Source of the DNA: Phoronis australis
Taxonomy: Eukaryota; Animalia; Phoronida
Direction: 5' to 3'
DNA: 64,000 bases
Assembly: GCA_002633005.1 (NCBI GenBank)
Contig: NMRA01000028.1
Coordinates: forward strand, 1,077,556-1,141,555
Shown: piece after piece, positions 14,025-26,382 of the stretch
Position numbering within the stretch: the first letter of the stretch is position 1
Layout: the number at the start of each line of letters is the position of its first letter
Notes under the pieces: model-generated
What the model was told of the DNA's origin: nothing
The model's database searches: none
The model's input: only the letters and a program-made list of their open reading frames with translations
Program-made: the position numbers and the translations under genes

Positions 14025-15413
14025 GATGGGTCAGAGTAAAATCTCTGCTAAGTCCCAGCATGCGGAACGTAGACTATGTCATCCGTGTGAATGCACTGGA
14101 CAAGGGTTCGCCTAGAGCCTGGTGCACTCAAACGTGCCCCCAGCCCGTAGCTACAGTCCGTCTCACTGTCACTGAGGTCAACGTGGCGGCCCCTGTGTTC
14201 ACGGAGTCCAACTATCAAGTGACAATACCAGAGAACAAAGCTGTTGGTAGTGTACTGAAGACAATAACAGCTCGGGACTCAGACTCAGGCCTCAATGGAA
14301 GGGTGTCGTACTTCATTAGTGGTGGTGACTCAGAGGGACAGTTCTCTATTGGTGAGAGTGATGGTAACATTAAAATAGTGAAGTCACTCGATTACGATAC
14401 GAAACGCGAGTACAATTTGAACATTGAGGCACGAGACGGGGGGTTGTTGTATAAGTCTGATGTTACTACGTTCAAAGTTATTCTCACGGACGTGAATGAC
14501 AACGTCCCCTCCTTCAGTCAGGCCTCCTATGATACCACACTTGCCGAGAACTCGCCAAGTGGCACATTTGTGTTCCAAGTTCAGGCCACTGACCCAGACT
14601 CTGGAAGTTTTGCCATTATTCAGTACAGCATCGTTGGAGACGCTGTCTCCAAGAATATCTTCACTATTGACCGGCAAACCGGAGAAATTCGCTCACGAGT
14701 CGCCCTTGACTATGAAGCTAGGAAGGAGTACACGATCTCGGTCATTGCCACGAACCCAGGCGATACAAGAGAGAACATGGCATCAGTCCATGTGCACCTG
14801 ACGGGGGTCAATGAATTCTACCCCAAGTTTGTGGACAAGCACTATGTGTTTGAAATCAGTGAGTCGGTGACCCTAGGGTCATCAGTGGGTCAAGTGCTGG
14901 CCACGGATGCTGACCATGGTGTTGATGGTGATGTCCTGTACTTCCTGGTTGGCGACAGCAACAACAAGGGATTTGCTGTTGGTAAGATCAACGGCTCAAT
15001 ACTCGTCACACGTAAACTGGACAGAGAGTCTGTGTCCAACATCACGCTCCAAATCTTGGCTAAGAATGAAGGACCTCTTGTTGGCAATGATTCTGATGTC
15101 TGCACAGTCACAATCACTCTGGAAGATGCCAACGACCCGCCCATCTTCACTCAACAAGTCTACAATGAGTATGTCAATGAAAACGTTCAAGTTGGTGCGA
15201 CAGTTACCAATAAAGTCTCTGCTAACGATGCAGATCTCAGTCCTGCTAATCGTATGTTTAAATATGGCTTTGGCTCTGGTAATGTTGACAATGCCTTCTC
15301 TATCGACCCTGACTCGGGCCTGGTAACTGTCACAGCTCAACTTGACCGTGAGACTCTACCTGAATACAAGATTATTGTCACGGCCACTGACTTTGGATCG
15401 CCGCCACTAACAG
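14025..15413 (+). CDS. FAT4: Fat4-like exon, ~4 cadherin repeats (phase 1-1)
   Basis: attccag|GA TGG..ACA G|gtacag; cadherin motifs throughout. Confidence 0.9.
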
Positions 15414-16044
15414 GTACAGTTTTTTATTAATGTTTTCATCGAAGTGCTTTTTATACTGGTCACATCAAAAACATCTCTTCCAATTTTGTATTTCATATTT
15501 AGGTCAAAATGCTCTCAGTTCATTTCCTTTTAATATTCTTAATGCGTTGAGGTCTTTAAGGTCAAAATAGCATAGTTTGTTTTAGTCTGTACTCCGATGG
15601 TTTTTGCGACCTGCACTCATCAACTAAGAAAAAAGAAAAGGAAATGCCCACTCACATCAATTTTACCCATGGTGGTTTTTGAAAAGATCCTCACATACAA
15701 ATTATCAAGGTTTGAAACACTGTTTTGCTAAGTGATGATTAAAAAAAAGAACAAATCCAGCATCCTGTCTCTTGCCTCATGTCAATTTGTTTTTGGAAAA
15801 AATGAGTTATTAAAAACTACACCACTGGCTCAATATTCTAAACCAAAACAACTATAAGATGGTATTCATTTTTGGAGTTGTTTTTATCATAATATGAATG
15901 CCAGATGTCAAATTAATCAGGACTGCTCGCTTCCAAGTTCTTTTGCGCACTTCCTGTTTTTAATAACAACTTGAACCTAGTGTATGCCTTTGAATATTGT
16001 TTTTGATTTTCTCATTTGCTTATAAACAAACTTCATTCTTGTAG

Positions 16045-17789
16045 GTTCCGCTACACTTAGTGTGAAAATAGAAGACTCCAACGACAATGGTCCATACTTT
16101 GAGCCGTCAGTGCCATCTGGAGACATTCAAGAGAACCAGGGACCTTTTACTAGTGTCATGAACCTGCGTCCTTACACAAAAGATCCTGACGAACCTCTTG
16201 GACCTGATCCATATAAATATCAACTGCTTTCGTATCAGTCTCTTTTTGACCTGAATGAGAAATCTGGACTGCTCCGGACCAAAGTACAGCTGGATCGTGA
16301 ACAGATGGCCACCTACCTGGTGCAGGTTGGTGTGGCCGATGGCGGCATCCCTGAACAAACGTCTACCTTGAGTGTGCAAGTTGTTGTGTTGGATTTGAAT
16401 GACAACCCCCCAACTTCTCGCTCTGTGACTCTGGTGGTGAACACCTATGGCAGCATATTTCCTGGCGGAAAAATCGGTGATGTGAAGCCACTGGATGCTG
16501 ATACCACGGGTGTCTACAGTTGCACTATCTCTGAAGGGGCGGCAGGCCTATTCGCGATGTCTCCACAGTGTGTTCTGAGAGCTCAACCCAGGGACGACAT
16601 AGATAATACGTACACACTGAAGATTAGAGGCAATGACGGTGAACACACAAACAATGTTATCTCCACAGCAAATATCCTTTTCCAAAGTTTTGACAATGAT
16701 ACACTGAAAAACAGCGCTAGCATTCGCCTAAGAAACATCACTGGCCGGCAGTTCATGGAAAAGAGTTACACCAAATTCCTACAGAAAGTAAAGAGTCTCA
16801 GTGGCAGTGGACAAGTTGTCTTATACAGCATTCAGCCTGATGAAGCCAATCTTGACCTGTTCCTCGCTGTTAAGCAGTCTTCAGGTGCTTATTTATCTTC
16901 AAGTGAATTGCGGACTCTTCTGTTGAATGGAGTTGCGGGTATTGAGTCCACGGCAGCTGTGAAGGTGGGGTCAGTGGATGATGCCTGCACGGGCTCTCCG
17001 TGTAAAAATGGTGGTGGCTGCTCTTCACATCTGGAAGTTGCCAATGGTTACATACTGGCTGATAGCCCTGTTTCAGCATGGGAGTATGCGTCTCCCATTA
17101 TTACAAAATTCTTCAAGTGCAGTTGTCCATCCGGTTTTGTTGGCCCGCGTTGTGAAAACGTGACGGCGGCTTGCATCTCGCGACCTTGCAAGAATGGTGG
17201 TAGTTGTGTGGCAGTGGGAGTTGGTCAGTTCCGCTGTGATTGTCCCACCAACTATCAAGGCAGAACGTGTGAAGATGATGTGGATGAATGCAGGCAGAAG
17301 CCATGTAAAAATGAGGGAACGTGCATCAACACTGTTGGTTCATTCCGGTGTCAGTGTGCTCCGGGCTTCACTGGCGCCACCTGTGACCCGTCATCAACAC
17401 CATGTAGTCCGAATCCGTGTAAGAACAAAGGAATATGTCGTGTGAGTGGACAGAGCTTTCAATGCCAGTGCGAGTTTGGTTTCTATGGTGACACGTGCCA
17501 AGAGTCCAGTGCTGGCTTCTCTGAAGATTCCTATTCTGAATATGGATCTCTACAGTCTTTTGAGAACGTCATCACCATGGATATCGCCACGGCAATGAAG
17601 AAGAATGCGCTTCTACTGTACAATGCGGGCACTAATACCAGCGGACATTTCTTAGCTCTAGAGATAGTCAATGGAAATGCTAAGTTCTCATTTCAACTAG
17701 GCAACTCAAATACACGAGTGGAGATTGTTGTCCCTAAGACTGTGGCTGATGGCAAGTGGCACAGAGTTAAAGCTACAAGAAAGGGCAGG
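16045..17789 (+). CDS. FAT4: Fat4-like exon: last cadherin repeats, 4 EGF repeats, start of LamG1 (phase 1-0)
   Basis: ttgtag|GT TCC..AGG|gtatgg; PCKNGG-type EGFs, calcium-binding EGF DVDEC, LamG motifs LLLYN..FLALEI..DGKWH. Confidence 0.93.
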
Positions 17790-18213
17790 GTATGGATAAC
17801 TGTTACATCACATGCTCAAACTTTTTAATAGATACATCCAATATGAAATCTCAGATCACTGAAATTTTAAGAATTAATTTTAGCCACTGGAAGCCCAAGT
17901 GCAAATTTATGAATTCTCAAGTGTCTAAAAGTGCATTAAAAAGGTGTGTTTGAACACGAGTTTTTTCCTAGTTACGACTGATTTGATCAGCAGACCAGAG
18001 CCAAGTTCCATAGAATGCATTTATCTCTCAAAGACATCCAGGGTGATTGTGTGCTTTGTTTGCAAAACATGACAGTATGTTGCGTGATCTTACATTTTAG
18101 CGAGATTTTCGTGTCTACGTAACAGACGGCAGAACTATTATTGTATCTCTGTCCATACATGGATGGTACCAAAGTCTGAGCACGTTGGTAATGCTTCTTA
18201 TTCTTGTGTGTAG

Positions 18214-18323
18214 GTTGGAACATTAATGGTCAGTGATTGTCCCAATGGTCCAACATCCTGCAACGTCTGTCCGGTCTCTGACAACACATGTGTGAAGAGT
18301 GCAACCTCTGTTGGCTCGTCCTC
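18214..18323 (+). CDS. FAT4: Fat4-like small LamG1 exon, not in the ORF track (phase 0-2)
   Basis: gtgtgtag|GTT GGA ACA TTA..TCC TC|gtaagt; VGTLMVSDCPNGPTSCNVC; its phases exactly bridge the neighbouring exons. Confidence 0.87.
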
Positions 18324-20186
18324 GTAAGTATGACAGTTTATAATAGCCTTGTTTTTAGTAGGATTACCTGCTTTAAGAGCAGAAATCTGTGGACAAAATT
18401 ATTTATCCATTGCACTCTGTTTTGTGGTAATTATTTTCTTTTGCAATAAAGTGATAATCGTGATAAGATTGATTGCAGTGAAGCAGTTTGTGATAATCAC
18501 TGTGTAATCACACATTCCTACCCTTCGAGTAAACAGTGAACCATTTTTGTAGAACAAAGTCTGCAGTTGGGGGCAAGGAGAGTGGATTAACTTACGAGAT
18601 TAATGAAATGTCTGTTTGTTTGTGGATTACCAATGTTGCCGTGTCTCTACATTATGAGATTCTGTTACAAGAAATTAAAACTTAATCTCTCATTTGTAAA
18701 CAGCGGTCAAAGCGATTATTTTGCCCGTCTTGCAAAACTGTTCACTCGTTGTGTTGGTAGAGATTATTTTCATTTATCACTGCATTGCGTTAAATTGTGA
18801 TCAGAATTGTATCGGAGTATGTGTCTCAAATGTTGGTAAGACTATGGGGGATAATTGGAATTCATCATGGTATCTTATTGAAAACATGGAGATTAAATTA
18901 TTGCGGAGATTCACACCTTCCGTGGTGATAGCGTTATCTCCCCTGTTTGCACATGCTCTATTTGTTTTTGCTCGATTTAATCTTTCAAGTTGTAGAACAA
19001 GCTAACTCGATAGACCCACCACACTTAGCCAGTTCTCAGCCCATGATTTAAGACCTTCATCTAGCATGTCATTCAGATAAACATTGTATAATATTTGTCA
19101 ACTGGACTGTTTACTATGCCACCTACAGTATGCAAAATTTGGAACTGAGGTATCTCTGTGTTTGCCAGACACTTGAGGTGTAATCCTAATTGCTGTAACC
19201 TTCATACTCTCATGTCACAGATAACAAGGCGATGGTCTGAGATAGTGAAAGGCAGACTGTTTTTTGTGCAATACAAATAGTTTAAACTAGATCTAAATTC
19301 TTAGGTTGATAGTCCGCATGAGGTATCTATAAAGAAGTCACCTGAAATGAATTTGCTGCATTGAGACTTTTTTAAAGTGATTTTTGCATCAGATTGATAA
19401 ATATGACTATGTGATTCTTCATAAAATTTTCCTGTGCAACATGTTCAAATGTGAACTTTGACCAACTCCTTATAATTTCCATGTCTGTGATACCAACACC
19501 AGGCAATGAAGTGATATGTTGGCTATGTTTAAACAAGTGGCGCTACATGTCTGGTAGGCCAGTAGATCTCAGACAGAGTCTCCCACGTGGTGCGGTCCCT
19601 CATAGAAACGAACTCTAGTTCATATGTTATCTCTAGTGCATCCAATTCGCCACAGGAATGGTGACAGTATTACCCCAGCATCGACTCCCTTCCAAAACCA
19701 TTTTAATACCTATACATGGGCTATGCGAGAATTTTAATTAATAACTGGTTGTGATCATGGTTTCCTGCTGGGGTGTAGTTTGTCTTAGCTAGCCACTGGA
19801 TGGTTAGATATGAAATGGGTTGATAACACTTTCTGGACTTTAGAGCACGTAGCATTCGACATGCAAGAAGGGTGTGAATTACTAGTTATCTCCCTTGAAA
19901 GTCTTTGTATGTTTTAAGTGAGTCTTTTACACAAAAAAGGTGGCTCGTCAGGCAGTTGTGATGACTTTTTTATAATTTCATCTGATCGTTTTCAAATTTG
20001 CCTTATTGTCACACATTGTGAACAAAAAGTACCTCCCAATGTTGAAAGGTGGCAGCTTAGGTCAATAATGAGTTTCATGTAATTATTCAACTTTGCCTTA
20101 ATTTGTGTATCTGTCTGTTTTGCTGTGGTGTTGCTTGTATTTTCTTAATCTTAATGTCCTGATTTTAACTTGCTGTTTTCTTGCAG

Positions 20187-20494
20187 TACTCTTGATGTTT
20201 CTGGTCACAATCTTCACCTGGGTGGCGTACAGAACATCAACACCCTTCTCCAGCGTGCCGGAAAGATGTCCTCGTTTGACTTTGTCGGTTGCATGGCTAA
20301 TGTGGAGGTTGACAACAGCAACTTGTTCAACGTGACTCCTCTAAAGACTTCTGGTGTGTCCGACACCTGCCCTCGTCTCCACACAGACAGCTGCACCACT
20401 GACACCTGCAGTAATGGTGGGCAGTGCATTGATGAATGGTCATCGCAGAGGTGTCAGTGTCCCAAAAATTTCCTGTCGGAAGGGTGCAAAACAG
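20187..20494 (+). CDS. FAT4: Fat4-like exon: end of LamG1 plus EGF (phase 2-1)
   Basis: ttgcag|T ACT..ACA G|gtactt; LHLGG..FVGCM; CSNGGQC..CQC. Confidence 0.9.
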
Positions 20495-21272
20495 GTACTT
20501 AAATTTATTGAAGGTCATGCATGGCTTGTGGTAGTGCTATGCTTGACATAGTGTTGTGAAGAATATCATGTTGAAGTTTACTGCTTAAAAACTATGGAGG
20601 ACTCATAGCTGCAGATTGATTACCATCATCTGAGGACAAGACGACCTTGAAAGGAATGACTTTTCAGTTTCTGTTGGGCTTCAATGGATACTTTTTTAAC
20701 ATGTTTTGCATTTTAAATATTTTTATGAGTTTAGATTTATCTGTGCTGAGGTTTGCTTTCCATGGTAAATCTCAATAAATTCAGTGGAAATTCACTTCTT
20801 TTCACACTCTATTCGCACAACATTCACACCCATCCATGACCTCACGTACAATGAGGCAAGAGACGATATTGGTGCAATGCTCATAATCTGCCAGTGTACA
20901 CGGGATTTGAACTTTAACCTCACAAGTGAGAATTTGCTGTCCAAATCACTGCACCACATTAGGGTGTTCTCCAGTTCAATGACTTAATTAGACATTGAGT
21001 GGTTTTGAATGCGTGATAACATTTTGCTCCTGTGTTGAGAGCAATTAACAAAAGAGAGCTGACCCTCAAACCATAAATACCTGAATGGAGTTAATCATTG
21101 GTATAATATACTAGCTACCACAGTCAAACTCCCAACTTGCTTGTTTGCCATATTGTCAAAAAACTTGGGAGTCAACAGGTGAACGCCGTAATGGACTGTC
21201 CTCCCATGTCAATGAGTATGCATCCACCCAAGTTTCTTAAGCAAATATCTCGATTGACAACATGTTTTACAG

Positions 21273-21487
21273 CGTCCCAGCCTTTCTCGTTTGGCTCCAA
21301 TGCTCGAGTAGACTACCTACCCAGAAAGTCTTACGTTCGAGAACAGGTACTAGCACAGGCAAGCAACCGGCGACGACGTGCGGCAACACCTGGAGACAAT
21401 ACTGTGAGCCTCCAGTTCCGCACACTCAAAGAGAATGGCTTGTTATTCATGTCGGAAGGACCAGCAGCAGATTACACTGTGCTACAG
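21273..21487 (+). CDS. FAT4: Fat4-like exon: start of LamG2 (phase 1-0)
   Basis: ttttacag|CG..CAG|gtatgt; SLQFRT..NGLLF LamG motif. Confidence 0.9.
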
Positions 21488-21880
21488 GTATGTATTCAGT
21501 TACAGTTGAACTAGTTTTAAAAAAATGAATTTCATTGAATATTATCTAGTTATGTTAATGAAATGAGCTTATTTTTTCTCCTATAGCTTTTTGTGGTATC
21601 TGACATACATCTTTTACATTTGGCTGAGCTAACTTAACTGTTGCCTGGTTTGAAGGGATCCGCTCCAGTCATTTCTCATTAACTTACCTGTATCATTACT
21701 AATAAGATAGCAGAACACAGAGGTAAACCTCCACTAAGTAATGACTTAGGACATGTTGCTAACCCGTCCAAGTATATGATCTATTGACTGTCAGTGGTAC
21801 AATTTGCTGTTCCTTAATTGGTATTTATGTTTAATTGTAAACTCACTGAAGAGTTTTTTGTAATAAAATGTTTTTTTTAG

Positions 21881-21995
21881 GTTATTGACCATAAAGTGCG
21901 CTACTTATCCAGAAAGAATGGTATTGTAACGAGCATTTCATCCAACGTGAATGTCAGTGACAGTGCTAAACACTCACTGCAACTTACCATTAAAG
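21881..21995 (+). CDS. FAT4: Fat4-like LamG2 exon, not in the ORF track (phase 0-1)
   Basis: ttttttttag|GTT ATT GAC..AAA G|gtgagt; VIDHKVRY..NVSDSAKH; open frame with compatible phases. Confidence 0.85.
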
Positions 21996-22359
21996 GTGAG
22001 TAACCACACATTGTTAATTACTTCAGCCAAGCTGAAATCACAAACTTCAAACTGCAATATTAGCAGTGGTGAATCTTGCTATTGAAACAATCCTTGAACA
22101 TCCTTTGACCCGAGTTTCATTATGATTGTGTAATTTGTAATGCTACCTCCTCATTCTGAAGTGAAGGGTTCTACCCCAATGGTTTTCGTGCTGATAGAGA
22201 TACGTATTACACTCATTTTCACGTAATGTGAGAAGTTTGACTTGTGCATATGGACTTGTAATGGTTGGAAAAAAGAATATTTGTTGCTTGTGTATACCAG
22301 TGTTAATTATTTATGATGGTACCCATGCGAGGGAGTTTACATGGTAGTTGTATTTTCAG

Positions 22360-22500
22360 GCACCATGGTGACCCTAACTGTGGACAGCATCTCACAATCA
22401 GCTAATGGGGATCTTCATGACTTCTTGGGACTTGATATTGCTGGTCTGTCACTGGGTAATACCAAGACATCTGTAACAGTGTCAGGATCTGCTGTTGTTG
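22360..22500 (+). CDS. FAT4: Fat4-like LamG2 exon (phase 1-1)
   Basis: ttttcag|GC ACC..GTT G|gtaagt; TLTVD..LSLG. Confidence 0.87.
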
Positions 22501-23106
22501 GTAAGTGTCATCATCCACAGTGGAGTAGTTGTTCATTATAACAACTACGGTAAAATGTCGCCAAATTATGACATTTTCATAAAATGTATTGACCATCAAA
22601 TTAATACGGTATGTGAGGTTCAAGCTCTGTACTATAGCTGCCATTAAAAAATATTTTGAAAAATTGTGGGCATTTGCAACAATACTCAAAAAAGTGTAAT
22701 TTTGGCAATTATTTATGTCTGAAATTGATGAGATTTTACTGCACTGTAATGCTGTGAAGGGGTTTGATAGGGTTCAGAACTAGTTCTTGTCTAATAAACT
22801 GTTACTTGTAGCATAGCCGTGTTAGGTTAGGTTTATTTTTAACTGAATTATTTAAGTACAAAGTTTGCTTTCTGAATAACATGTTAAAATTGTTAGTTTC
22901 AGAATCTCAGTGATCAGGAATGACCTAAGATGTCACAAGGGAGAACTTAGACACAAACTTCTTCTGAAGATTGCCATTGTTTCACATTGAGCATGACTGA
23001 TAATAAATGTGATATAACTATTACTATTACTGTTTGTAGAGCTAACTATGATTAATTGTTGAGCGATATTTGTTGCCTATGAGTTATTCACATCATCTTT
23101 TTCCAG

Positions 23107-24869
23107 GATTCATTGGATGTATAAGTGACTTCACCCTCAACGGGGAGGAGATGCCCTACAGTGGAGCCACAGATCGATTTGTGATAGTGCCATCTAGTGG
23201 TGACAGTGGTAATGCTCCCTCGTGCACCGAGACCTTGTGCTTGAGTATCGGTTGCGATTCAGACAATTGCAAAGTTTCTGCTGGAAAAGTGCAGTGTGTA
23301 AGCGCTGATCAAGCTGGCTTGAGCATTGGTGTAATTATTGTCATAGCCTTCTTTTCTGTAGTTGTTGTTGGCGCGGTTATATTCTTTATCGTGTTCCGCC
23401 TGCGCAAAACCCGCGCCAAGGCCAAACAGGGTCCTGAAGGTGCGACACGGCCCAAACATACAAATGGTGTACAGTTCAATCTAAACAAGTCACAGACAGA
23501 GAGCACAAGAACACTGCACGACTGTGGTTTCACAGACCACGACATGGCTGGGGTTGATATGCCCGATGATGCCATTCTGGCCAGTCACCTGGCAGGTGAG
23601 ATGAGTGCCAGGAAGTATAACGAACGTGAAGTTAGAGTGCCGCACCCCAGGCCGGACATCATTGAGCCTGGTGGGAGACAGTTGTCAAGGGCAACGCCCG
23701 TCAACATAGGTGATGGTACAGTCATCATTGATGATGATTTGGATGGAGGTGGGCCAGAGCAGGCTTTTGAGCATTATGACTTAGACAATGCTAGCAGTAT
23801 AGCACCGTCGGATATTGACGTTATACAACATTACAGGGCGTATAGGGACAGGAAGGCAGTTAGTAAGCCACAGAGGACTCATAAACATGCCCACGTACAC
23901 AGTCCAGTCAATGGCCCTGGAAGGCCGGCCACATTACAGGGCAGGGATAACCCTCTTGTAAGGCAGAGTCCCAGCGTGGTCAACAATCCTGTGATACGAC
24001 AGAGCCCTCTACCAGTCGCGTCGTCACGACAGACACCTCTTGGTGTACGTCAGAGTCCACTGACTGTCAACAACCTGTCACGTCAATCACCGCATAGTGC
24101 AATAACACGCCAGAGTCCGTACATGCATGCTAACATGCGCAACACACCGCTGAGTATGCAACAGCATGTCCGCTCACCCAGCAATCTTAGTGACAGTGAT
24201 AACTCTGTGGTTGGCATACCCGACCCACGGCTACACAACCTCAGCCCTCACTCACACCTTCCGGGTAGTCGCCCAGCTAGTCGTCCATTACAGCCTGGTG
24301 AGCCTATGGGATTGACTCTTAATGATGTCAGACTCAACTCACGTCAGCGTGCTAGTCCAGTCAGCACATTGGATGCGGTGTCTTCCAGCAGTGACGGGGA
24401 ACCAATGGCGCCCGCCATACCCCGTCCAAATGCGAACACTCTCCTGGAAGCTCCCGAGTCGAGCTCTGACGAGAGCAGTAGCAACGACTCGTTCACGTGT
24501 TCAGAGTTTGAGTATGAGAATGAGAAGGTACGCAATGACTTTGACCCCAATAGTATGATATTCACAAAGGTACCTGAAGAGGAGGCTGAAGACGATGAAA
24601 GTCTACCTCCGATTCAAGATACGCAAAAAATGTTTACGTGGGACAATATCAATGCATTCAGCAGTACAGTCATACCGACATCAGATGACGGGAGTTCGGT
24701 GTCAAAGCGCAGTCGTAACGGAACATTTAATTGGGATTATCTGCTCAACTGGGGTCCAAGCTTCGAGAAGCTTGTTGGTGTATTTGGTGATATTGCTCAG
24801 TTGCCGGACAATCAGGGTGCACTGGAGACAGTGCCCCCTGTTGTCACTGATCGTGAGGAATACGTGTAA
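23107..24869 (+). CDS. FAT4: Fat4-like terminal coding exon: end of LamG2, degenerate EGF, TM, cytoplasmic tail to EEYV stop
   Basis: ttccag|GA TTC ATT GGA TGT; TM IGVIIVIAFFSVVVVGAVIFFIVF; conserved Fat tail blocks; TAA ending 24869. Confidence 0.93.
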
Positions 24870-25168
24870 CGTACATATCAACGAGTCAAGGGAACAGTCA
24901 TTATTATTCACATGTCATCATTGTACATATCTCGTACTTTTGTACATTTCTAGGTGTTTTGTCTTTATAGCCATGTTTCTATTTTATTTAGATAAGATGT
25001 TTAGTAGTTTATTTTTAGACATAGAAAAATTAAACACATATCATGTGGTAGATGTTCATGACTTGGGATTCAGGTTAAAAGTTGTCTGGTTTCTGATAGT
25101 CTAAATTGTTCACATATCAACATTTTTGCATGAATTATGTGAAACCAGTCTTTGGGGACTAAAACCTA

Positions 25169-25364
25169 TATTCACTACCTGCAGGAATTGGCTGTTATGC
25201 TTGAAAACAAGGTGTTGGGTCCAAACTACAATGGTTCTACATGTTTGGCACATGGGCACTTTCACATTGTGATGTTAAAATTGATGCCAAAAAGAGGCGT
25301 TGTGTACTAACCAATGATGCACAATAATAATTTTCGCAGCGCCACCGAGTGTGGAAGTAGTGAA
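25169..25364. mobile_element. MITE family A (~195 bp, TIR TTCACTAC..GTAGTGAA), copy in the Fat4 3' region
   Basis: Clear similarity to copies at 41461, 61040 and 62835; terminal inverted repeats. Confidence 0.78.
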
Positions 25365-25481
25365 AAGAGGCAACATTGTATTTTTCTTGTTTACCCTTTT
25401 TACATCTCTAATGTTTGTTAGTTTGTGGACATCAAATGGATAGTATGTCACTTGTTCTGTTCTGGTTATTTTGCAGGTGTA

Positions 25482-25701
25482 AATAAATGTTACAAACATA
25501 TGGGTGAGAAACTTAGATGGCCCAGACATGTTACATAATGTTTTTGTATACAATGCCTTTATATGTAAGAAAAACTAAGCTTATTTTTATGAGCAGTGTA
25601 TTATGTAAGCTTATGATTAGAAGTATGTTTATACCACTACTCAGTTGTATAGTATTTATAATGTCTATTGTAACCCCTTTTCATGAAGACTATACAATAA
25701 A
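25482..25701 (+). promoter_or_regulatory. Candidate poly(A) signals of the Fat4-like gene (AATAAA at 25482 and 25696)
   Basis: Hexamers 0.6-0.8 kb after the stop codon; AT-rich context makes chance matches possible. Confidence 0.4.
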
Positions 25702-26064
25702 GACATGCATCACAAGCTGTTTACACTCATTCCACATGTTGTTCTCATAAGCTAGGACTGTTAAGTGATGACGAATTGATACAGATTACACTCAACACTT
25801 TTATATGTAACAATATTAACCATGACACCTAAATACATTATATGACTATACATTTTTTTCAAGGGAAGAAAATGGACAACCCTTATTCAAATGTGCAATC
25901 TAGATGTGGACAACAAACTCCAAACTAATCAAGTGCGAGTTAATCTATTAAATTCATTAGCAAAACTCCACAAAACAAATGACTATCGCGTTTTAGCAGC
26001 CGCAAGTAAGACTTGTAAAAGCTCAACTGCGTTACTACTCAAATCTGAAAAGTGAATTCGTAAC

Positions 26065-26382
26065 CACAGGCGGATTTAGGGGGTGGCGGGCAGCCCCCCT
26101 TGGCTGCCGCAAGCAAAACGAAAGAGCAAATGCGTGAAGCGTGAGGAAATATTGAGTTCAGTAACAAGGACCGGTAACGGAGGGGGGCTCAGCCCCAGAT
26201 CATGTCACGGCAGAATCGTGTTCCCGTTTTTTTTTTAATCCACCTATAGATATTTTGAACAGAAGGTTCATCCCCGGCGTCTGCAACCTTCGGGCCGCCT
26301 TCGCACATACAATCGCGCTTTGCCCAATTCCAAGAGGCAACATGTTGCCCCCACCCCTTATGGTATCCTGGATTCGCCACTG
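26065..26382. mobile_element. MITE family B (termini CAGTGGCG.AT / CA.AGGCGGATTTAGG; hAT-like)
   Basis: Reverse-complement copy at 58172-58465; imperfect TIRs. Confidence 0.72.

Larger units (their letters stand above)
1688..24869 (+). other. FAT4: Fat/Fat4-like protocadherin gene, 3' half (13 coding exons; 5' part upstream of the window)
   Basis: Hand-spliced exons total 9032 nt (2+3n), with GT-AG sites and compatible phases at all 12 introns. Domain order is cadherin repeats-EGF-LamG-EGF-LamG-TM. The tail has Fat/Fat4 motifs HYDLDNASSIAPSD, SFTCSEFEY and FNWDYLLNWGP, and ends in EEYV. Confidence 0.93.

Noticed and set aside
11677-17445. Antisense and off-frame ORFs overlapping Fat4 exons
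   Set aside because: Shadow ORFs expected from the codon bias of long exons; no independent domain signal.
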